The position numbers and the translations under genes are program-made. Positions 59,798 to 64,000 of a stretch of 64,000 bases of DNA are shown piece after piece. The notes under the pieces are model-generated. The model was not told the DNA's origin, searched no databases, and worked only from the letters and a program-made list of their open reading frames with translations. The stretch is taken from the NCBI GenBank assembly GCA_964508605.1, contig CAZDUI010000003.1, positions 42,454 to 106,453 of the forward strand, written 5' to 3'. Each line of letters opens with the position of its first letter. Within the stretch, counting starts at the first letter, position 1. Source of the DNA: an uncultured Weeksellaceae bacterium (GTDB lineage Bacteria; Bacteroidota; Bacteroidia; Flavobacteriales_D; CAZDUI01).

Positions 59798-62700
59798 ATG
59801 AGAACATGGTTAACGATACTGTTTGTGGCAATCTGGTTCACCGGAAAAGCCCAGGAATATTTTCAGCAACAGGTAGATTATGAAATATCTGTGAAGCTTG
59901 ACGACAAAGTGCATATTTTGAGAGGGGCTGAAAAATTTACCTATACCAATCACTCGTCCCAAAAGCTGGATACTTTATGGATTCATTTATGGCCCAATGC
60001 GTATAGTACTAAAACCACAGCGCTGGCAAAACAGTTGTTATCCAACGGAGAATATGATTTTCACTATGCTACCCGTGAAGAAATGGGCTTTATAGATTCT
60101 CTGCAATTTCAAATCAACGATTCACCGGTATCTTTTCAATTACATAATGAGCATGTAGATATCTGCTGGATTTTGATTCCGGGAGGTTTGGAGCCCGGCG
60201 GAAGCATAGTGGTAACTACACCATTCCGTGTAAAATTACCCGATGCCAAATTTTCCAGACTGGGTCATGTGGAGCAGTCGTATATGATTACGCAATGGTA
60301 TCCTAAACCGGCAGTGTACGATCGAGAGGGTTGGCATACAATGCCTTATTTGAATCAGGGAGAGTTTTATTCTGAATTTGGTTCCTTTAAAGTGTCGGTT
60401 ACCATTCCAAGAAACTATGTGGTGGGCGCTACCGGAGACCTTCAGGAAGAGGATGAAAAAATTTGGTTACAGAAAAAGGTAACCTATACTGATTCCGTTA
60501 TAAAACATGTTCCGGTAAAGGAAATTAAGGTTAGCCGCATGGGGATAGATTTTCCGCCGACAGCCGGGGAATGGAAAACACTGACATATATTGCAAATAA
60601 TGTTCACGATTTTGCCTGGTTTGCCGATAAGCGCTGGTTTGTACTGAAGGGCGAAGTATCGCTGCCGGTGTCGGGGCGCAAGGTAGATACCTGGGCGATG
60701 TTTACAGGCTACGAAGCGTCTTTATGGCGCAGAGCGTCAGAATATTTGCGCGACGCCACTTATTACTATTCTCTTTGGAACGGAGATTATCCTTATAACC
60801 ACGTAACGGCTGTTGATGGTACCATTGCTGCCGGCGGTGGCATGGAGTATCCGAACATCACAGTAATTGGCAGCAGTAATTCGGCCTTCGGCCTTGAAAC
60901 TGTAATCATGCATGAGGTGGGTCACAACTGGTTTTACGGAATATTGGGTAGTAACGAGCGGCGGCACGCCTGGATGGATGAGGGTTTGAATTCGCTGAAT
61001 GAAAGCCGGTACATTGCCACAAAGTATCCTAAGAAACAGCTTGCCGATGAATTGGGTGGATTTTCGCGTAGATTTCAGGAACGATTCAGGCTTGACATTT
61101 ACAAGCAACTTGCCCAGTATCAGTTGTTTTATTTGTTGAACGCAGTACGCAATTTGGATCAACCTATGGATTTGCCTTCAGAACAGTTTACGTCAATGAA
61201 TTACGGCGGAATTGTGTACAGTAAAACAGCGGTAATGTTTAATTATTTGCGAAATTATTTGGGAGATGAAGTTTTCGACCGTGCTATGCACATTTACTTT
61301 GATCGGTGGAAATTCAAACATCCGAAACCGGAAGACTTACGACAGATATTTCAGGAAATCACAGGCAAGGATATGAGCTGGTTTTTTGATGAAATTGTTA
61401 AAACAACAGGAACGTTGGATTTCAAATTGATGAAATCTAAAAATCCAACAGATGATGTTATCTGGAGGGATGCTTTTCTGAAAGTAAAACAAAAAGGAAC
61501 CATTAACGGACCTTTTAGTATCTCGGCTATAAAAGATGATACGGTTGCGGTTACAGTTTGGTACGACAGCGTACCTAAGGGAGGTATGGTTCAGTTTCCC
61601 GATCGCGATGTGCAGGCATGGCGAATAGACCCGTACATGGTGATACCTGAGGTGAACCGGAAAAACAACATTCTAAAAGCAAATGGAATGTTTAAAAAGG
61701 CTGAACCTTTGCATCTGCAATTTCTTACCGGGCTTGAAGATCCTGAGCGTACCACATTGTACTATGTGCCCATTATTGCCGGCAATAAATGGGATGGTTT
61801 GATGTTGGGTGCAGGTTTGCACAATTATCAGTTGCCAGAACGGAAAATACAATGGAGTTTGATGCCTATGTTTGGTTTGCATTCCAAAACTTTAGTAGGT
61901 ATGGGTAACATTCAGTTTCGTTTACCCACAACCCATAATAGAGTATTTCAGCAGATATATTTGAATCTGTCAGCTAAGACCTTCAGCACCGCCGATTCCA
62001 GTCTTACGGAAATGGCAACTCCCAGCTGGTTTACTAAGCAGTCTTTAAGGTTAGATGCCATGCTGCGTAAAAAGGTTCTTTCTTCAGCGGTTACAAACAG
62101 GTTTTCTTTTGAAGCTATGAACATTAATGAAACGTTGAAGGAATGGAATAACCACGGCTATATCAATAAATTTTCTGAAAGAATCTATTACGACTTCTTT
62201 CATGAATTATTGATTAAAAAGCCTTTTGTTCTTTTTAAACTGGAAACCGGCTTAAGAGGAGGTTTTAACAGACATGATTATAGCGAAGAGCTGTTTTCGG
62301 TTCAAACCGATGTTAGGTTAGTCTGGAGGTATAATAGACGTGGAGACAGGTTAACAGTTCGCGGTTTTGCCGGAAGGCATTTTATCAATACTACCCGTTC
62401 AGGACGTTACAATTGGCAGGCCGACGGGCCGGGTTCTTATTTTAATCAGGCAACCAGCGATTTCAGGTATGAACATTTTTATCTGGGAAGGAATGCGCTT
62501 CGAAATGACTTTCTTGGTCAGCAAGTGGTACAGACTCAAGGAGGCTTGATCGCTCCTACTTCTTATTCTTCATCAGAATGGATGCTCGCAATGAATGTAA
62601 AGTTCAAACTGCCGCTACCGGTTGGAATTTCACTGTTTTCTAATGCAGCATGGACGCCGATAACTATTGTTACACAAAACGGAATACAACAAAGTGTTGA

Positions 62701-62890
62701 CATGGTGGCGGATGCAGGGATTTCTTTAAGTCTTATCAAGGAAATACTTGAAGTACACATCCCTTTATGGGCAACAAAGAATCTCATTAACGAGTGGAGT
62801 ATCAACAATATCATTTTCGGCCAACGCATCCGTTTCACCATGAATCTGAACAATGCAAATCCAACCAAACTGATTGATAAGCTGATTTGA
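59798..62890 (+). CDS. M1-family zinc metallopeptidase with a ~550-aa C-terminal extension
   Basis: GGMEYPN (GAMEN-like) motif plus HEVGHNWFYG...WMDEG gluzincin motif; signal peptide; 1030 aa. Confidence 0.75.
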   Translation: MRTWLTILFVAIWFTGKAQEYFQQQVDYEISVKLDDKVHILRGAEKFTYTNHSSQKLDTLWIHLWPNAYSTKTTALAKQLLSNGEYDFHYATREEMGFIDSLQFQINDSPVSFQLHNEHVDICWILIPGGLEPGGSIVVTTPFRVKLPDAKFSRLGHVEQSYMITQWYPKPAVYDREGWHTMPYLNQGEFYSEFGSFKVSVTIPRNYVVGATGDLQEEDEKIWLQKKVTYTDSVIKHVPVKEIKVSRMGIDFPPTAGEWKTLTYIANNVHDFAWFADKRWFVLKGEVSLPVSGRKVDTWAMFTGYEASLWRRASEYLRDATYYYSLWNGDYPYNHVTAVDGTIAAGGGMEYPNITVIGSSNSAFGLETVIMHEVGHNWFYGILGSNERRHAWMDEGLNSLNESRYIATKYPKKQLADELGGFSRRFQERFRLDIYKQLAQYQLFYLLNAVRNLDQPMDLPSEQFTSMNYGGIVYSKTAVMFNYLRNYLGDEVFDRAMHIYFDRWKFKHPKPEDLRQIFQEITGKDMSWFFDEIVKTTGTLDFKLMKSKNPTDDVIWRDAFLKVKQKGTINGPFSISAIKDDTVAVTVWYDSVPKGGMVQFPDRDVQAWRIDPYMVIPEVNRKNNILKANGMFKKAEPLHLQFLTGLEDPERTTLYYVPIIAGNKWDGLMLGAGLHNYQLPERKIQWSLMPMFGLHSKTLVGMGNIQFRLPTTHNRVFQQIYLNLSAKTFSTADSSLTEMATPSWFTKQSLRLDAMLRKKVLSSAVTNRFSFEAMNINETLKEWNNHGYINKFSERIYYDFFHELLIKKPFVLFKLETGLRGGFNRHDYSEELFSVQTDVRLVWRYNRRGDRLTVRGFAGRHFINTTRSGRYNWQADGPGSYFNQATSDFRYEHFYLGRNALRNDFLGQQVVQTQGGLIAPTSYSSSEWMLAMNVKFKLPLPVGISLFSNAAWTPITIVTQNGIQQSVDMVADAGISLSLIKEILEVHIPLWATKNLINEWSINNIIFGQRIRFTMNLNNANPTKLIDKLI

Positions 62891-63639
62891 TGAACAGAGA
62901 AGGAAAGGTATATTTTGCAGCTGATTTTCATCTGGGAGCACCCAATAGGGAGGAGAGTATTAATCGGGAGAAAAAAATAGTCAGGTGGCTTGAACAGGCA
63001 GCAACTGATGCACGTGAAATTTTTCTTGTTGGAGACGTCTTGGACTATTGGTTTGAGTACCGTCAGGTGGTGCCAAGGGGAAATACCCGTTTGCTGGGGT
63101 GTATTGCACGAATTACCGATTCCGGAATTCCCGTCCATTGGTTTACCGGAAACCACGATATGTGGATTTTTAACTATCTTCCACAGGAAACGGGTGTTAT
63201 ACTTCACAAACAACCGCTAATCCGTGAGTTTGACGGAAAAAATTTTTACATCGCGCATGGTGATGGGCTGGGACCCGGTGACCGCGGATACAAAATGTTC
63301 AAAAAAGTTCTAGCCAATAAAATGTGTCAGTGGATGTTTGCGCGGATGCATCCAAACTTCGGAATCTGGCTTATGAAAAAATCTTCGCATACCAGTCGCA
63401 ATGCGGCATATAACGGACGCGAGTTTCTGGGAGAAGATAAGGAATGGCTCATCATTCATTCCAAACAATTACTGCAAAATCAACATTACGATTTCTTTAT
63501 TTATGGGCACCGGCATCTTGTTTTGAACCTGGAATTACCCCAAAACAGCAGGTACATCAATCTGGGTGATTGGATTACGCAGTTTCATTACGGCGTTTGG
63601 GATGGAAATGAATTCAGATTGGAGAAGTTTGAGGGATGA
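62887..63639 (+). CDS. lpxH: UDP-2,3-diacylglucosamine diphosphatase-like metallophosphoesterase
   Basis: DFHLG...GDVLDYWFE...GNHD...GHRH calcineurin-like motifs arranged as in LpxH. Confidence 0.7.
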   Translation: MMNREGKVYFAADFHLGAPNREESINREKKIVRWLEQAATDAREIFLVGDVLDYWFEYRQVVPRGNTRLLGCIARITDSGIPVHWFTGNHDMWIFNYLPQETGVILHKQPLIREFDGKNFYIAHGDGLGPGDRGYKMFKKVLANKMCQWMFARMHPNFGIWLMKKSSHTSRNAAYNGREFLGEDKEWLIIHSKQLLQNQHYDFFIYGHRHLVLNLELPQNSRYINLGDWITQFHYGVWDGNEFRLEKFEG

Positions 63640-63642
63640 GAT

Positions 63643-64000
63643 TTAATTTTTATGTGCTACCACGCAGGAGTGCCTTTGGTTGAATGTGGTGCCGTCGGTA
63701 TAAAACCATTCTATTTGCACAATGTAGATGCCGCCCCGTACCTTTTCGTTATTATTGTTTATGCCATCCCATGAAAAACCGCCGGTTGTACCCAGTAATT
63801 CGTTTTGCAGAAGTGTTTTTACAAGTCGACCTGATGCGTCAAAGATGCGGATGCTTGCAGCAGCACCACCATTTTGCAACGTGTAGTTAATAGCAAGAAC
63901 ATCATCTGTCCCATCGTTATCGGGCGAAAATGCTTCAGGTGAGAGAATCCAGGTGCCTCCGGTTTCGCCGGGTGTAAATTGTGAATTTTCATAACCGGGT
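63643..64000 (-). CDS. C-terminal end of a T9SS cargo protein (Por_Secre_tail domain); the N-terminal part lies beyond the window
   Basis: The final ~78 aa ...IRIFDASGRLVKTL...GIYIVQIE... match the T9SS CTD; the reading frame is open to the window end. Confidence 0.5.
   Translation of the reverse strand, partial: PGYENSQFTPGETGGTWILSPEAFSPDNDGTDDVLAINYTLQNGGAAASIRIFDASGRLVKTLLQNELLGTTGGFSWDGINNNNEKVRGGIYIVQIEWFYTDGTTFNQRHSCVVAHKN

Overview
This 64 kb window looks like a chromosomal segment of a Bacteroidota genome, most likely a Cytophagia, Sphingobacteriia or Saprospiria type lineage. Supporting signs are roughly 42-45% GC, SprB-repeat and T9SS C-terminal-domain cargo proteins, and a conserved pdxJ-nadK-uppS-bamA-ompH-ompH-murI core block. 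About 55 protein-coding genes can be supported. Housekeeping genes include a fused alpha/beta 2-oxoacid dehydrogenase E1, pdxJ, nadK, uppS, bamA, two Skp/OmpH, murI, polA, RNase R, ferritin, hom-metX-osmC-metY, fbp, lpxK, a purine nucleoside phosphorylase, gatB, two TlpA-like redoxins, an M1 peptidase and lpxH. No tRNA or rRNA genes, CRISPR arrays, transposases or integrases were found. A SAM-I riboswitch aptamer is clearly recognisable on the minus strand upstream of metY. The candidate I consider most interesting is a co-directional block at about 27.3-36.7 kb with 4-88 nt gaps. It encodes a YfiR-like (DUF4154) periplasmic protein, a secreted helical protein, a two-TM HAMP-PP2C sensor phosphatase, an NfeD/YqiJ-like protein, a flotillin (SPFH), and a 1282-aa Reg_prop/Y_Y_Y beta-propeller sensor fused to a class III nucleotidyl cyclase and a C-terminal HD phosphohydrolase domain. 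It may be a flotillin-scaffolded second-messenger signalling system. Other points worth checking: a tightly coupled two-gene cassette (a 117-aa unknown plus a HIRAN-domain protein) lying convergent to murI; a lysine/arginine-rich, low-complexity secreted protein next to ferritin; and a 5.5 kb T9SS adhesin built from about eight diverged ~160-190-aa tandem repeats. There is also an orphan AbiEi-like antitoxin gene with no toxin partner, and a low-GC island between metY and fbp. That island holds a ~730 bp ORF-free AT-rich tract with a perfect 32-bp palindrome, a 158-aa unknown gene and an RCC1-repeat T9SS cargo gene. Finally, a T9SS cargo gene is split by a single in-frame TAG.
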